A stretch of DNA of 64,000 nt from Octopus sinensis (Eukaryota), in NCBI RefSeq assembly GCF_006345805.1, contig NC_043003.1, positions 43,090,001-43,154,000 on the forward strand, written 5' to 3'. The position numbers and the translations under genes were made by a program. This document shows, piece by piece, positions 27,609 to 42,182 of this stretch (within the stretch, counting starts at the first letter, position 1; each line of letters starts with the position of its first letter). The notes beneath the pieces were generated by a model. It saw nothing but the letters and a program-made list of their open reading frames with translations. It was not told the DNA's origin and ran no database searches.

Positions 27609-28310
27609 AATTGAGGACTGAACACGAAAAGTGGACAGTCAACATGCTAGATATAGACGTCAAATCGTCATTCTCCACAAAAGATTATGTTCTCAAATCA
27701 AACTCGGATTCTTTTTAATATGCTATACCACTGGTTTTAATTGATAAATATTGATTTCTACCCTTAATTAATTTTATTATATATATATATATATGTCGAG
27801 AGAGTGGGTAACAGAAAGAGGGATAGAGATAGACGAAGGAAGAGAGGAAGGTAAAGAAGAGTGTTAAGAAGAGAGAGAACGAGAGAGATTATACAGATGT
27901 AGATACATGTCTCTGTGTGTGTATGTATGTATTTACGTTGAAGTTTGTTAGGAAAACATCAGATATATATCTCAATACATGAGTATCGTGCATGAAAATT
28001 ATGAAAGTAAGTTCGAATGTGTAAGTTGCTTCCTGTATAGAAGTCTTAGTGGAATTCTCTATTGAACATTACTCTTGGAGGGTAGCCTAAAAAATGGGAA
28101 TGTTTTCGAAAAGTCTTACATGTTAAACGGATATAAGTCTTTGGAGAAGATATAATGCAATGAAAAAATAAATACACACATCCGTACACATCCTTATTTC
28201 CATACGTACAACATCATCTCACCCTCTCTCTCACTCTCTCTCTTGCTCTCTCTCTCTCTCTCTCTGTCTATCTATCAATATATCTATCAATCCATATCTG
28301 TATGTCTGTA

Positions 28311-28355
<45 letters not shown>

Positions 28356-29347
28356 TATATATACACATACGCAGTCCATATCTATAGACACGTAAACATA
28401 GACATAAACAAACACACACTCATACACATTCCCACACACACATGCACACATACATATATGTATATATATATATGCATATATATATATATATATATATGCA
28501 CACATATACATCGTGATATTCACTTGCTATAAGCAGCAATTTACGCATGTGTATTATGTCAATAGAAATAGAATTACGTATATATTTTCTTTCTTTATTA
28601 TATATTTATAGGTTCACACGTGTGTGTGTTCGTAGGAAATTATGTATATAATTGTATTTCTATTGACATAATACGTAATCGCAAATCGATGCTATATGTA
28701 AACATAAATGACACGCTCTATCTGTTGTGTGTGTACGTGTGTGCATATGTGTGTGTGCGTGTGTGCGAGTGTATTTCATGGGTATGTGCACGTAAAAATA
28801 AGCATATGTATATGTGGATGACTGCATTTTATCTCCTTCCAAACTTTTTTCTATTTAACTGACAGACTATTTGGAGAGTGCGCATTTTCATGTGATCCGC
28901 CAATGTTACTTTCTAATCAAATATTCCGGAAGTATTTGCAATACACTCTATATAAAAAAAATCGAGATTATATATTTGATGTCAGATAAATGCCATTGAG
29001 GAAACTCTCAGTCTTTGAACCATATTTTGCCTATTAAAAATTACAAGATCCACTTATATATACACACATATATATTGTATGTATGTATGCTATGCGTATT
29101 TCAAAATATATAGCACATAAACTATATTACGCATCGTTCAAACATTGTCTGGCATAGAGCTCATTTAGTAGAATGGATAGATATATTTATCATATATCAA
29201 AAGTGTTGATAGTCTAGTTTGAGTTTAACTTTTAACTGTTCACATTAGTTTACGATTCTCACAGACGGAAAGAGACAAGCAGGAAACTACGAGTAAACAG
29301 TGATATATATATATACATAAACACGTACATGCAATATTATATATATA

Positions 29348-29395
<48 letters not shown>

Positions 29396-29445
29396 CATAT
29401 GCATGTATATATATATATATAATATATATATGCATGTATGCATGT

Positions 29446-29483
<38 letters not shown>

Positions 29484-29499
29484 AGATAGATAGATATCC

Positions 29500-29561
<62 letters not shown>

Positions 29562-30449
29562 GTACACACATACACTCATAGACATATTTATAGTCATAGA
29601 GTTTCAATTCAGTTCACCCTTGGTTCGCTTAGGATACGTGATATTAATAGGACAAAAACAAAAAAAAATAAATGAGATTAAGGTAGAGTTGTCTTGCATG
29701 TCTAGAACACTCACGTGTTTCAACGCCCAGTGAGTGCTTCGAGAGAGACATCCACACTGCGCAAAAATCAGCGTATCGACTAACAAGCAAACACATACAT
29801 TGAGTATGTGCGATCGATACTGTTTAAAACCCTAGCGCTGCATCTGATTTATAAGTGAATTTTTACTGGGCATACGAGCAAATGTTTTTTGTTCTCTTTA
29901 CACCATTTCTAGAAACTGGCGATTCACATTGTCTCCGATTCGATTCAGTTACGTGCTGTTGATGAAAAGCGATATCCATCACAACTGAATGTGATTAGAA
30001 GCGTGTTGTCTCGGCTGTCTATGGCTTTCAGATGTTTTAACGCCATGTACTTTGAGAGAGTCTGTTTCACTGTGCTATTCGCAGTGTAACGGTGAAGAAG
30101 CAGACATATCGAGTATGTAAGGTCAATAATGTTTACAATACTACCATACACACACACACAAATACACACATGCACGCACACATACACACATGCATACACA
30201 TACATGCATGTGCACACTCACACATACGTATACACACCCACCCACACACACATACACATACATACACACTTGCACAAGCACACAAACACACATACACGGG
30301 CGCACACATACATACGCATATGTATATGTGTGTTTGTGTGTATGTTGGTGTGTTTGTGTGGGTGTGTATGTATTGCCCTAATACTTGCGACCCACGACGA
30401 ACATTAGGTGTAAACAATTAAACAGCGTCACTGATTCTTTCCTTTAGTT

Positions 30450-30925
30450 GTATGATCTCCGGCGATATACATCTCGTATACAGTGATCTTCGTGTTGCAG
30501 TTCACATGTGGGTTTGTAGAACATACTGCACAATTATTCTGACACGTGATTCTATAAAATGGTTATGATCTACTTTCTACAGATTTGATAGACCTACCTG
30601 TCTTTTCTACAACTTTGATCTTAAGGCCAGTTGTGCGCAGGATTTTCTTCAATGCCCCATTTAATTTGTTCCTAGGTGTAGTGTCAACAAACATTACTCT
30701 GTGAAACTTCTTGTTATACCAAGTATTGTTTTAATTTCTTTTGTCGTTGTCCATCTCCAACCAATTCCAGAACTTCTTGCGGTATAGGGGGCATATACCG
30801 TTTTCGTCATCTCTTAGAAAGCGTTCGAATCTTGTTTTCGCTTCTTTGTACACTCTGATTCTATCGTACTATGTGTATCCGGAACGTTGCATTCGGAATA
30901 TGTAGTTCTAAATGTGTTGTCGTTC
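30450..30925 (-). mobile_element. Decayed Penelope-like element (Naiad/Neptune-type thumb, linker and start of GIY-YIG)
   Basis: Single frame with stops: MQRSGYT*YDRIRVY...DDENGICPLYRKKFW...WYNKKFHRVMFVDTTP...GLKIKVVEKTGRSIK...PF...C.NNCAVC.....NCNTKITVYEM. Subclade assignment is from recall. Confidence 0.8.
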
Positions 30926-31275
30926 TATATATTTAAAGAAAAAAAAACGTTTATAAGTCACAATTATAAACGCTTTTCTTCTTCATATTTTATGATAGCA
31001 TGTTTGGCCATTGATATATTCATAAATAATCTCTATTTATAATCTATCCTTCGTAATGTTTTTAAATTACTCTCTACTTATTTATATTTTCCTAACTCAT
31101 ATCTGATGATGTTGTCGTGGCTACAGATTATTGGTTTTCTCACATAAAAGCTGTGCATGGCATTTGAATTCAAATCTTGATTGTGTAGATAGAGGTGAAA
31201 ACATTTCTATTGCCGGTTGGGATTCATGCTAGCCTCAAGGTAAAGTCTTGTTTTGATTGCTATCTATAGGAATAT

Positions 31276-31337
31276 TTCCCCTGACGAGGCGAATGGGTTC
31301 CTTAAGTGGTTCCTAACGCCGAAATTACAATAGGGAA
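31276..31337 (+). ncRNA. Type I hammerhead ribozyme motif in a pseudo-LTR inverted relative to the adjacent PLE ORF
   Basis: TTCCC-CTGACGA-GGCG-(25 nt)-CGCC-GAAA-TTACAA-T-A-GGGAA: intact core, 5-bp stem I, near-palindromic stem III ATTACAAT (ATTGCAAT would be a perfect palindrome), cleavage triplet AUA. Confidence 0.8.
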
Positions 31338-31582
31338 TCAACCAATTATTTTCATGTTGTGGATTCTATGTCGCCCGAGGACAGTGTTTATAGTGAGGAG
31401 AAACATTAAGAGTATCATGATGGCTTTATAGCGGTTTTGGCTGCTATTTTTCACATGTAAGTGCTTTTTAACCCTCTTATTTATAATTGTGACGTGTCCA
31501 TAATTATAAACCTGTTTATATATAGATAATGTACTGATCCGTGATAGAGATTTCTACAACAACAAATGTACTCCGTCTGGTG

Positions 31583-32192
<610 letters not shown>

Positions 32193-32197
32193 ATATT

Positions 32198-32428
32198 ATT
32201 TATTTAAATGCCACAATGCATATATTTAAGAGCTACTAATAGTTTTATATGTTTACTATCTGCATTCTTTGTATACTGCCTTCTCAGTTTTTACACGTTT
32301 CTTCTATTATTCAATTTCTTTAGTTCGTTATGCTATGTGGTTTGCGCCTGAAGAATATATGTGAATTTTCTCGACTTTTTAAAATATTAGTAGCACTTTA
32401 ATACATATATTGTGTCCTTTAAATAAAT
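32198..32428. repeat. Imperfect 48-bp inverted repeat (32198-32245 / 32381-32428)
   Basis: 40/48 match by manual alignment, flanked by TA tracts. Confidence 0.75.
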
Positions 32429-32468
32429 CACACACCCCCACATATATATATATATATACACACACATA

Positions 32469-32630
32469 GGCGCAGGAGTGGCTGTGTGGTAAGTAGTTTG
32501 CTAACCAACCACATGGTTCCAGGTTCAGTCCCACTGCGTGGCATCTTGGGCAAGTGTCTTCTGCTATAGCCCCGCGCCGACCAATGCCTTGTGAGTGGAT
32601 TTGGTAGACGGAAACTGAAAGAAGCCTGTC

Positions 32631-32670
<40 letters not shown>

Positions 32671-32675
32671 TATAT

Positions 32676-32706
<31 letters not shown>

Positions 32707-32927
32707 ATGTGTGTTGTGTGTTTGTGTGTGTCCCCTAGCATTGCTTGACAACTGATGCTGGTGTGTTTACGTCCCCGTCACTTAGCGGTTCGGCAAAAGA
32801 GACCGATGAATAAGTACTGGGCTTACAAAGAATAAGTCCCGGGGTCGATTTGCTCGACTAAAGGCGGTGCTCCAGCATGGCCGCAGTCAAATGACTGAAA
32901 CAAGTAAAAGAGTAAAAGAGTAAAGAG
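32469..32927 (+). mobile_element. SINE family A, full-length young copy
   Basis: tRNA-like head GGCGCAGGAGTGGCTGTGTGGTAAG...GGTTCAGTCCC, internal TA/TG tract, 3' (AAAAGAGT)n tail. Confidence 0.93.
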
Positions 32928-32996
32928 TATACATCTATATATGTGTATATATGTATGAATATATGCATATATATACATATATATATATATGTAAAT

Positions 32997-33205
32997 GTGT
33001 GTGTCTTTGTGTTAGTGTTTGTCCACCACCGTCGCTTGACAACTGGTGTGGGATGTTTGCATCCCCGTAAACTAAAGGTTCCGCATAAGGGAAATATACA
33101 GTAGTTGGCAAGCTTAAAAGTACTGGGGTCGATCCGTTCGTCTAAAAATTCTTGAACGTGGTGCCCCATCATTGCCTGAGTATAATGACTGAAACAAGTT
33201 TAAGA
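32997..33205 (+). mobile_element. SINE family A, older 3' half
   Basis: CGCTTGACAACTGGTG...GGGGTCGAT...ATGACTGAAACAAG. Confidence 0.85.
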
Positions 33206-33216
33206 AAAAAAAGATA

Positions 33217-33940
33217 TACGAGATGTATTAGAAAAGTACCCGATTTTATTTTTTCTTGCCAAAAGTAATGCCACGTGGCTATAATCCTTTGTGTAGAAGG
33301 TGACGCCTCAGTAAAAAATTTTACGCCCGTAGGCCGTGTCAGTTTCAAGCTGTTAGGTATAGAGTAAAGAAGGCGTAATGTGTTCTTGACAGATTTTCGT
33401 TTTCATGCAAGATGGTCGAACGTATCGAGCAGGTACAATAGACTCATGTCTTATCACTAGTGATGGTTGTCTTCATAAAGTCTGTGTCATGGTTTGCAGC
33501 ATATCCAGTGTGATTTCCATGCAGAACTACTTCTGCTGTACGCGAACACTTTGGGGACGAATTTCATCGACACCCTCTGCAGGAACAAATCACCTTTTAA
33601 AATGGAATGCACTGATTCAAGCTTATTTCCACCTCGTATGATTGTTACACGTCCTTCCGGATTGTTACACGACGGTCTTCCATGACTATTTGCTGAACCT
33701 TTTCAATCGGCTCCCCATTTCGGCTTATGGATAGCCTGCTTGAGCGTGCTTCGCACTCCTCAGAGGTGTGTCCATGTTCGAAGGGGTTGTACCACTCCTT
33801 TATCTGAGTTTTGCACGTGGTGTAATCGGCAAAGGCCTGCTAAATCTCCTGGATTGTTTAAACTTGAGTATCATCAATATATCTGCTCGATGCGTTCAGT
33901 AAAAACGAAAATCCGACGCAGAAGCACTTTGAACGGAACT
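33217..33940. mobile_element. Rearranged mariner relic with two 5' ends facing each other
   Basis: Plus 33217-33432 has the TA-CGAGATGTATTAGAAAAGT terminus and MVERIEQ. Minus 33940-33433 has ERIEQ..QIKEWYNPF..G..S.E...RS.R....N...IEKV..IVMEDRRVTI...KFVPK...IT.D.T*VY. Confidence 0.75.
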
Positions 33941-34225
33941 ATTTTTTTACCATAAGTTTTTTCCTAATAGAACGCCTTAAAAATTTCCAGTGTGAACTCA
34001 TTATCACATGCTACATCTTGAAATTACAATGAAGTTATTATTTAAGTGCTCAACTTGCGAGAAATTATAAGCAAAATTTCGCTTATATCATAGTCTACCA
34101 TCTTAAAACCTGAAAGTCATGTTGTGTAATATAGTATCTGCAACGCTACATATGAACAGTAAAAGGAAGGATGCATTGTTTAGTTGGTAACTTTCAATTA
34201 CGTTATTCTTACATTTGAAAACAAT

Positions 34226-34436
34226 GGTTTCAAATTCTGGTACAAGGCCAGCAAGTACGGGAGATGGGGCAAGTCCACTGTCTCAGCCCCAATGTTCAAA
34301 TGTTTATTATTTGATCAGACCGTAAACATAAATGGCAAAGTCGATCCCAACGGAATTTGAACGCAAAACGCAGAGAAGGACGAAATGCTTCTAAGCATTT
34401 AACTCGGCGCGGTGATGATTCTGACATCTCGCCCCC
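34226..34436 (-). mobile_element. SINE family B monomer, diverged
   Basis: GGCAAAGTCGATCCCAACGGAATTTGAAC...CGAAATGCTTCTAAGCATTT. Confidence 0.75.
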
Positions 34437-35009
34437 TTAATGTTAGTTTTTGATATTATCGAGCAAGACCGACTTTGAGATTAATAAACAATACATATCT
34501 AAAGAAAGGTGGGTTCTCTTAAACGATATATGATATAAGTATAATCATGATTTTTGAAAGTAACATATTGTCAATTCTGCGCTCAGCTCTCATCTATACA
34601 CTTCCACTTAATTCCCCTCTACTGAAAATTAACTGTCAGAATGTTTCAAATCGGAATTACGTAGAATGTATATTTGGCTTGGTATTCCTCTCAATGAACC
34701 TTTTGTATTAAGATAATCGAAGAAAATCCGACTCGTAGTTTCTCTATACAGTCAACATGAGTTTCTGTTCTTATCAGACTTAGAAGAAAAAGCGTGACAT
34801 CATTCTATGTGATGAGCATATGTTTCTAAATCATAAAGATAAGCTCATATGTCATTGTCTGTCGTAAGAAAGAGACAAAAAAGGATGCCTTCATTCATTC
34901 CAATGATTCGGGCAGAGCAGAAACCACTGCTACACATATCCCCTTTAAAAGGGGTGCCAAAGGCAGGGAAGGGGACATTTTGAAAATACATACTGCCATC
35001 CAAAATCTT

Positions 35010-35300
35010 TCAGCATCAATTTTAATGCAGTGTAACCACAGTCAAGTTGTGTATCAAGTAATGGATTGTGACTTGTTTGTTCGCACGGATCAATTCTTTC
35101 ACTTGCTCATGTGAATTGTCGCATTAGTTATTATCCGACTCCGTGGACTGTCTCCAAATCTGGTTTCCTTTTTTTAAAACTTTTTCATTCATGCTTGCAC
35201 AATGGTATCATCTGAGAATGCCTAAAAACCTGTGCCGCTGCTTCGAAAAGAACTACATGACAACACGTTGCTATCGGTTGGAATACATTATTTTCCAACT
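35010..35300 (-). mobile_element. Possible mariner HTH-region relic
   Basis: QRVVM*FF and EQVKELIRANKQVTI on the minus strand; heavily decayed. Confidence 0.4.
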
Positions 35301-35955
35301 GTGAAGAAGAAGGGAAAGACGAGATAGTACAATATAAGAATTACTATACCCGTAGAAGCAAATTTAATGTTGTATGTCAGTTAGTCAGAACCTATGTGCA
35401 ATTTCATTATACATTCGGTAAAAATGTTTTACACAGGCTTTTACACAGGCACTATGACATACATCATATTCATATTACTGAATGTATGGACATCACAACT
35501 ATTATCTAAAATAAATGCTGTATATGCTCAATATAAGCAAGCATTGTTAATAGTAAAGTACCGGAAGAGAAGATTTGCGGTATTTAATTAAATGTTCTTT
35601 TACAGCTCCCCTCAGGAAATGTTTGACTCTCATTATTTGTCAAGGAATATAATTTATATCACTCCTGTACGTTTGTAATCAAGTAAAGCACTGCGGTAGA
35701 TATATAGGGCTCTTTCGTTCTACAATTTGATGGCCTATTGTAAGAAATATTATCAGATTATTATCTGCAAGTATAGGTAAAGTGCTGAACTAAATCTTTG
35801 TAAGTACTCTCTTTATTTACTCAGCTTAAATTCAGTGGACGTAGTACAGTGGAAAAAGATGGGAGTGAAATAAATGCAACTGGATTTGAATCTGAAATGA
35901 GATGCTTTCAAATTGCCAGTTTAATATAATACACCATTTACTACGTAACTCTTCG

Positions 35956-36528
35956 AGGCGGTGATCTGGTAGACTCGTTGCCGCACCTGATAAAATGCTT
36001 AGCAGCATTTCGTCCGTCTTTACGTTTTGAATTCAAAGTCCACCTAGGCTGACTTTGCCTTTCAACCTTTCGCTGATCGATAACATAAGTACCACTCCTC
36101 AAATTACTGGCCTTGTGCCAAAATTTGAAACATTCTTTTTTTAATATTAGAAACTATTATCAGAAACGTAAGCAGACCGGGCGAAATGCTTAGCGGTGTT
36201 TCGTCTGCCGCTACGTTCTGAGTTCAAATTCCGCCAAGGTCGGCTTTGCCTTTCATCCTTTCGGGGTCGATAACTAAAGTACCAGTTACGCACTGGGGTC
36301 GATGTAATCGACTTAATCCATTTGTCTGTCCTTGTTTGTCCCCTCTATGATTAGCCCCTTGTGGGCAATAAAGAAATAGGTATTTCGTCTGTCTTTACGT
36401 TTGAGTTCAAATTCCGCCGAGGTCGACATTGCACATCATCCTTTCAGGGTCGATTAATTAAGTACTAGTTGCATACTGGAGTCCCTCCCCCAAAAATTCG
36501 GGCCTTGTGCCTAGAGTAAAAAAGAATA
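35956..36528 (+). mobile_element. SINE family B: monomer (35956-36131) followed by a head-body-tail1-body-tail2 dimer (36163-36528)
   Basis: Junction AAAGAAATA-GGTATTTCGTCTG at about 36371-36392, identical to the array junctions; ends GCCTTGTGCCTAGAGTAAAA. Confidence 0.88.
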
Positions 36529-37333
36529 TTAGAAACCATTTTACATATTTGGTGTGTTAGAGGGTTCTGCCGGTCTTTGAAATTCCTGATTTGAATAAAT
36601 TTGTAAAACTTAAACATCTGAGTCCCCTTCTCTCCACAATCACGACGAAGTCTCAAAGTCGGAAACTTCACTATGATTTTTCTGACACAAATATGTAGGA
36701 GCCAGTTATGTGCCTTCCTCTAAGATCTTTTAATTGGGTTGGATTGTAACACAGTAAAGGATGAAAAAAATATTTCTAACAAAATCTTTAATTCAACATT
36801 AGCATTTATCTCGACAAGAGCTTGACAAGAAACAGAAGCAAATATTTTACTATCTTACACCTGGTACCACATTGTATAGAACGAAGCAGACATGTTTATA
36901 ATTCAGATGTAAAGGAGATATTAACTTCGTTAGAAATCTCAAGTTTAAAGGAAACATGGCGCCTGATAGTTATCGCTTGTATTAATCCATCTTTTGAAAT
37001 TTGGATTTAAATTTTAGACTCATTCACAGTCAAAAGTGATAATGTTGTTGATAATTCTATCACTAATATCCTAGAACCGAATTAAACGTGTCTGACTAAT
37101 TCTATAGAAGCATCCCCGCTGGTGACGATGTAATCCCTAAGGAGACTCAGTGGAAGTGTAAAATATTCTTATCGAAATAAAGTTACTTCATTACTATTTT
37201 TTTTTCTTTACTTTCTATCACTCTTTCTGTGATTCCTCACTCTACATATTTATGAGTTGGAGCTACAAAAAAAAAAAAATGCTGCAGTTTAGAGGAGAAT
37301 ATTACTTCATATTCCTGGAATAAAAAATACATT

Positions 37334-37737
37334 AAAAATATGTTTCAAAAATAGGTTCAGGCATGGCTGAGTGGTTTGCTTCCGAACCATATGGCTCCGG
37401 GTTCAGTCACACACTGTAACACTTCAGTCAGTGTCTTCTACTAAAGTTTCAGGGCATCCAAAGTGTTGGGACAGAATTAATGAATTTAGTGGGTAGAAAC
37501 TGAAATAAGCTCGTCATATATGTGCGTGTATGTCTTTGAGCTTGTGTTTGTCCACCACCATCGCTTGACATCCCGTATTTGTGTCTTTATGTCCCTGTAA
37601 CCTAGCGGTTCGGTCAGAGTACCCGATAGAATAAATGCATGGCTAAAAAAATAATTACTGGGGTCGATTCGTTTGACTAAACTTTATCAAGCCAATACCT
37701 CAACATGACCCCAGTTGAATGCCTGTAACAAATAAAA
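37334..37737 (+). mobile_element. SINE family A, diverged full-length copy
   Basis: GGCATGGCTGAGTGG...GGTTCAGTC...GAAACTGAAA...CGCTTGACA...GGGGTCGATT. Confidence 0.85.
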
Positions 37738-39352
37738 ACAACATATATATTTACACATAGCCGTATATACTGGTATATTCTTTTATTGAATATTATATTA
37801 TATGTCATTCCTGTTTTAATTATCGACGAAGAAAAGTTTGATCATGCAACTGTGTAAACACTCTGTCGATAGCTGGGTTAATAAATACACTAATGAGATT
37901 TTAGTCTATAGATCTATCTAATATTGTGTTTTATTGATGTATATGAAATGGTTTTATCAATAGTACATTTATAAATGTAAAACAAATAGACATTCTGAAG
38001 TGGCAAATATTTTACAATCAGACAAAAGTATCCATCTTGTCACACGCGGCTCCACATACGTATATACGTAAATACACACATGCATTGGATACACACACAC
38101 ACACACATATAAACACTCAACTTCATGTATATATCAGCGATTCAAATCCCCAATAACAACCTGAGTTGTCTTGGTTGGTTGTGCTCAGGTAAGTTCTGAT
38201 CCAGCAACGTTATGATCAAAGGAAGTTTCAGATTTTGACATAAACATTGTATCTAGGGAACAATTATTTGACACATTACAAACTGTTTAAAACAGTAAAA
38301 TTGTATGTGAAACAGATTTGTGCATCATTGCTACCAAGCACATGTATATAAGTATATACACACACAGGCACGCGCACACATACGCACACACGCACACACA
38401 TGTACACACACACACACACAAACACACAGACGCGCGCGCGCACACACATACACAAACACATATATATATATGGATAACATTCTTGGAGGTCCACATGATC
38501 GTAGCATTTCATAGTTTAGTGATATGTGTGTGTGCGTGTGTATGTGTGCGTGTGTGCGCGTGTGTATGTGTGCATGTGTATGCGTGTGTATGTGTGCATG
38601 TGTGTGTCAGAAATGTACAAATATTGTAAAGAAACACCATAAAACACTGTATTTCATTTCATTTCTTGAGACAAAGATATTATATAATTGGCATTTAAAC
38701 TAAAATCCCAGACACTAGGAACACCACCTTACACTTGCCTGTTTGTATATGTATATCTGCATAAATTTATGTGAGGTTACTTTGACTGATACTGTGAAAA
38801 TTTAAAGTGTCACATCGCATTCGGTGGTTGTGTTGACGCGACAAACTTAGTACGCGACAAACTTAGTACCCATACAAGACAAACCGAAGGAGACATAAGA
38901 GACTAGAACAAGCCCTACAAACAGGACGAACGAAACCATTCTATCAAAAAATTTCAAAAAGTAACATATATATGTGGGCACACAAATGCACAGCTGATGG
39001 ATAACTAGAGCACTCTGAGTTTATTTGTGAACGGAAGAAGTAAAACTTTAAACTCAAATACTTCATCTCTCTTTGGTCGGAAATGTTAAGAGATGAAGTA
39101 CTGAGGCATACAATATTTGAATTTGATGTAAATCGGTTGTCTCATGTTTTTTATAGATTGACTGCACTGTAATCCCAATTTACTATATACAACTACACCT
39201 CGATATACAGAAGCCACCTTTGAGATGTTCCTCCGGGTTAGCTGAGGGGGGACGAAAAGAGCATCTGTTTCTTTGCTACAAAATAGGGATCTTAACAAAC
39301 GAAAGTGAGGTACAGGCCATGAAGGCATGCATTTTTTAGTCTTAGCTGGGCC

Positions 39353-39383
<31 letters not shown>

Positions 39384-40496
39384 ATCTTATATCTCTTTCC
39401 ACTACTACACACACAATAACACTATAAAAATAGTCAAATTTTCCCCAAGTACTTAGTACAATTTGAAAACTCCACTAGAATGGACGAAAGCGCTAATATG
39501 ATATATGACGTATAAAATCATGTAATATACAAATAAATATCTGTAAATATAAAACCATCCGAATTTCTGAGTACTTCATTTCTTCTAATATAAAATACCT
39601 GTACATCATCTCCAAACCTTCTAATATATATATAAGTAAATACATATATACATGTATATATGTATATGTAAATACATATGCACCCTATGTATTAGTATAT
39701 GCGTGCTCGTTTGTGTATGCGTGTGTTAATGGTCGTGGTATATATTAGTATATATTAGTAGAAAAATATCAATTTCAAGCTGAAAGCAGCTACAAATGAT
39801 TTCGACGTTTTATTCATCAAGGTGTCTTCCGTGTAATAGTATATACTTGAATTCCTTGTATTTTGTGTTTTCGCTGCGGTCACTTACAAAATTGATGATG
39901 ATAGCTACTTCCTTGTATGCAGTACTGAAATGGCGAGCAATTCTTCGCACTCTTTCATGTTTTCTTCAAAGACAGTTTGAAACTCCAAAGTGGGTGGAAG
40001 CACCAATGCATACATGAAACACTCTGTCTATTCTTTGCCTAAACCATCTCTTGAAGTTTAACTATGAATCAGTCCATGTAATTCGGACGGTATTACTCAA
40101 CATAGAAGCATGTTTCTGTTGCAAGTTCTTTACTGGAGAGGAGCTGTGGTGAATCTGTCTCGGAGAATGTGATTCAGCCTTGTACAATAAAACCAAGTCG
40201 GAAACATTGTTTGCAGATTTTGGCTTGAAGGACAAAGACTTGAGATAAAGATTTTTGTAATCTGCAAAAATATCTGGACCCATGAATAATGACAGTAATT
40301 ATGTGACTTAGGAGATCTGGAAGAACAGCACTATAAATTTATCCTAAAGAACCGTACATGACGTTTGGTGTCTACTTCTTGGCTCCACATTTGTCACAGA
40401 TTTTTGGATGTGGAACGAACTGGAACTACTTATTCAGAAGCATTATTCTGAAGGGATTTTTACTGAATGTACTCCACTTTCACACACACACACGCA

Positions 40497-40580
<84 letters not shown>

Positions 40581-40878
40581 ACATTAAGTGAGCACGATTA
40601 AAAGCCACTCTGGCATGAAAGAAAATCCAGTGAAAAGGAATATAAAAATCCATTGAATATTCCACAACAGTCCATATAAAATATATCTAGCTATAAGCGG
40701 ACAGGAAGGGAAAGGGATTGGGTTGGTATTTCACTATTCAATGTACTAAAACTCCAGGTATAATTCGGAAAATATAAAATATAAAAATAGTTCATAGTCT
40801 TCTTCGAAGTTGGAATAGTTATAAATCTTTGTTAACATACACACATATACGCATGCACACGTATAAACACCCCCACCC

Positions 40879-40933
<55 letters not shown>

Positions 40934-41005
40934 CAAACACATATATGTGTGTATGCGTGCGTGCGTGTGTGTATGTGTGTGTTCGTCAGTGAGTATATAT
41001 ATATG

Positions 41006-41037
<32 letters not shown>

Positions 41038-41848
41038 ATATATATATATTAATGAATATAACATAATATGTGTATGTGTGTGTATGTATGTGAGTGCGTG
41101 TGTGTGTATGTGTGTGTATATATGTGAGTGCGTGTGTGTGTATGTGTGTGTGTGTGTGTGAGTGTGTGTGTGTACATAAACAATTCTGTATAGAAAATAG
41201 TGCTGGATAGCTTGTGAATTTCGTAAAGCAATATTTTTATTCTAGCAAGTAGGTCATAGACTTATTCTGAAAGCAGACAGGAAGAAATATTAAGAATCTC
41301 CGAATTAAATCAAAGTGATGGTAAAATGTCTAGCAGAAATATAATCTTAAATTGTCTACTTTATCTTGCTGGAGAAATACTCTTTTTTGTTTTTGCTAGT
41401 TTGTCGTTTAACTTAGAAGACTAAATTTTAAAATCGATACATAACTGCACCCCAACTCCACATGCTAACACACACACATAGATATATGAATATGCAGGTG
41501 TATACACACACACGCACACACACACACATACACATGCACTCACATAATGTTTGTTTGTGTAAGTACATGTATTTAGCCATGTATGTATCAAACCTAATGT
41601 ATACACACAGTTGACAGTCAAATTACTGTGGTTCTTGTCCGATATAACAACTCTTATGAGCGTGTTGTGTTTATAATATATATACCGGAGAGAGACGCAA
41701 AGTTCTTTTGACAGCGGTTAGCGAATTCGTCAGATGAATTTCAGCCACGGTGGCTCTTGCTAATCACGTATATTCACTGCCAGCCACATGCATACAATAT
41801 TCGTTCGTATGGGGAATAAGCAATTTAATCAATGTATAGTCTCTATTA

Positions 41849-42182
41849 GGCGCAATGGCTCAGTGGTTAGAGCGTCGAACTTACGATCGTGAGGTTGTGA
41901 GCTCGGATACCGGACCGGGCTGCGTGTTGTGTTCTTGAGCAAGACACTTTATTTCACGTTGCTCCAGTTCACTCAGCTGTAGAAATGTGTTGCGACGTCA
42001 CAGGTACCAAGCTGTATCGACCTTTGTCTTTCCCTTGGATAACACTGGTGGCGTGGAGAGGGGAGGCTGGTATGCATGGGCGACTGCTGGTCTTCCATAA
42101 ACAGCCTTGCCCGGACTTGTGCCTGGGAGGGTAACTTTCTTGGTGCAATCCCATGGTCTGTGTCGTGACCGAAGGGGGTCTC
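41849..42182 (+). mobile_element. tRNA-derived SINE with 11-bp target-site duplication
   Basis: Head GGCGCAATGGCTCAGTGGTTAGAGCG (A box); AGTCTCTATTA at both 41838-41848 and 42183-42193. Confidence 0.92.

Noticed and set aside
39800-40480. Possible Sola-like transposase remnant on minus
   Set aside because: Only vague similarity (DIFADYK, YHHQF); no diagnostic motif or terminus seen.
41849-41925. tRNA gene
   Set aside because: The tRNA-like head continues into a SINE body with TSDs; the B box and acceptor stem are degenerate.
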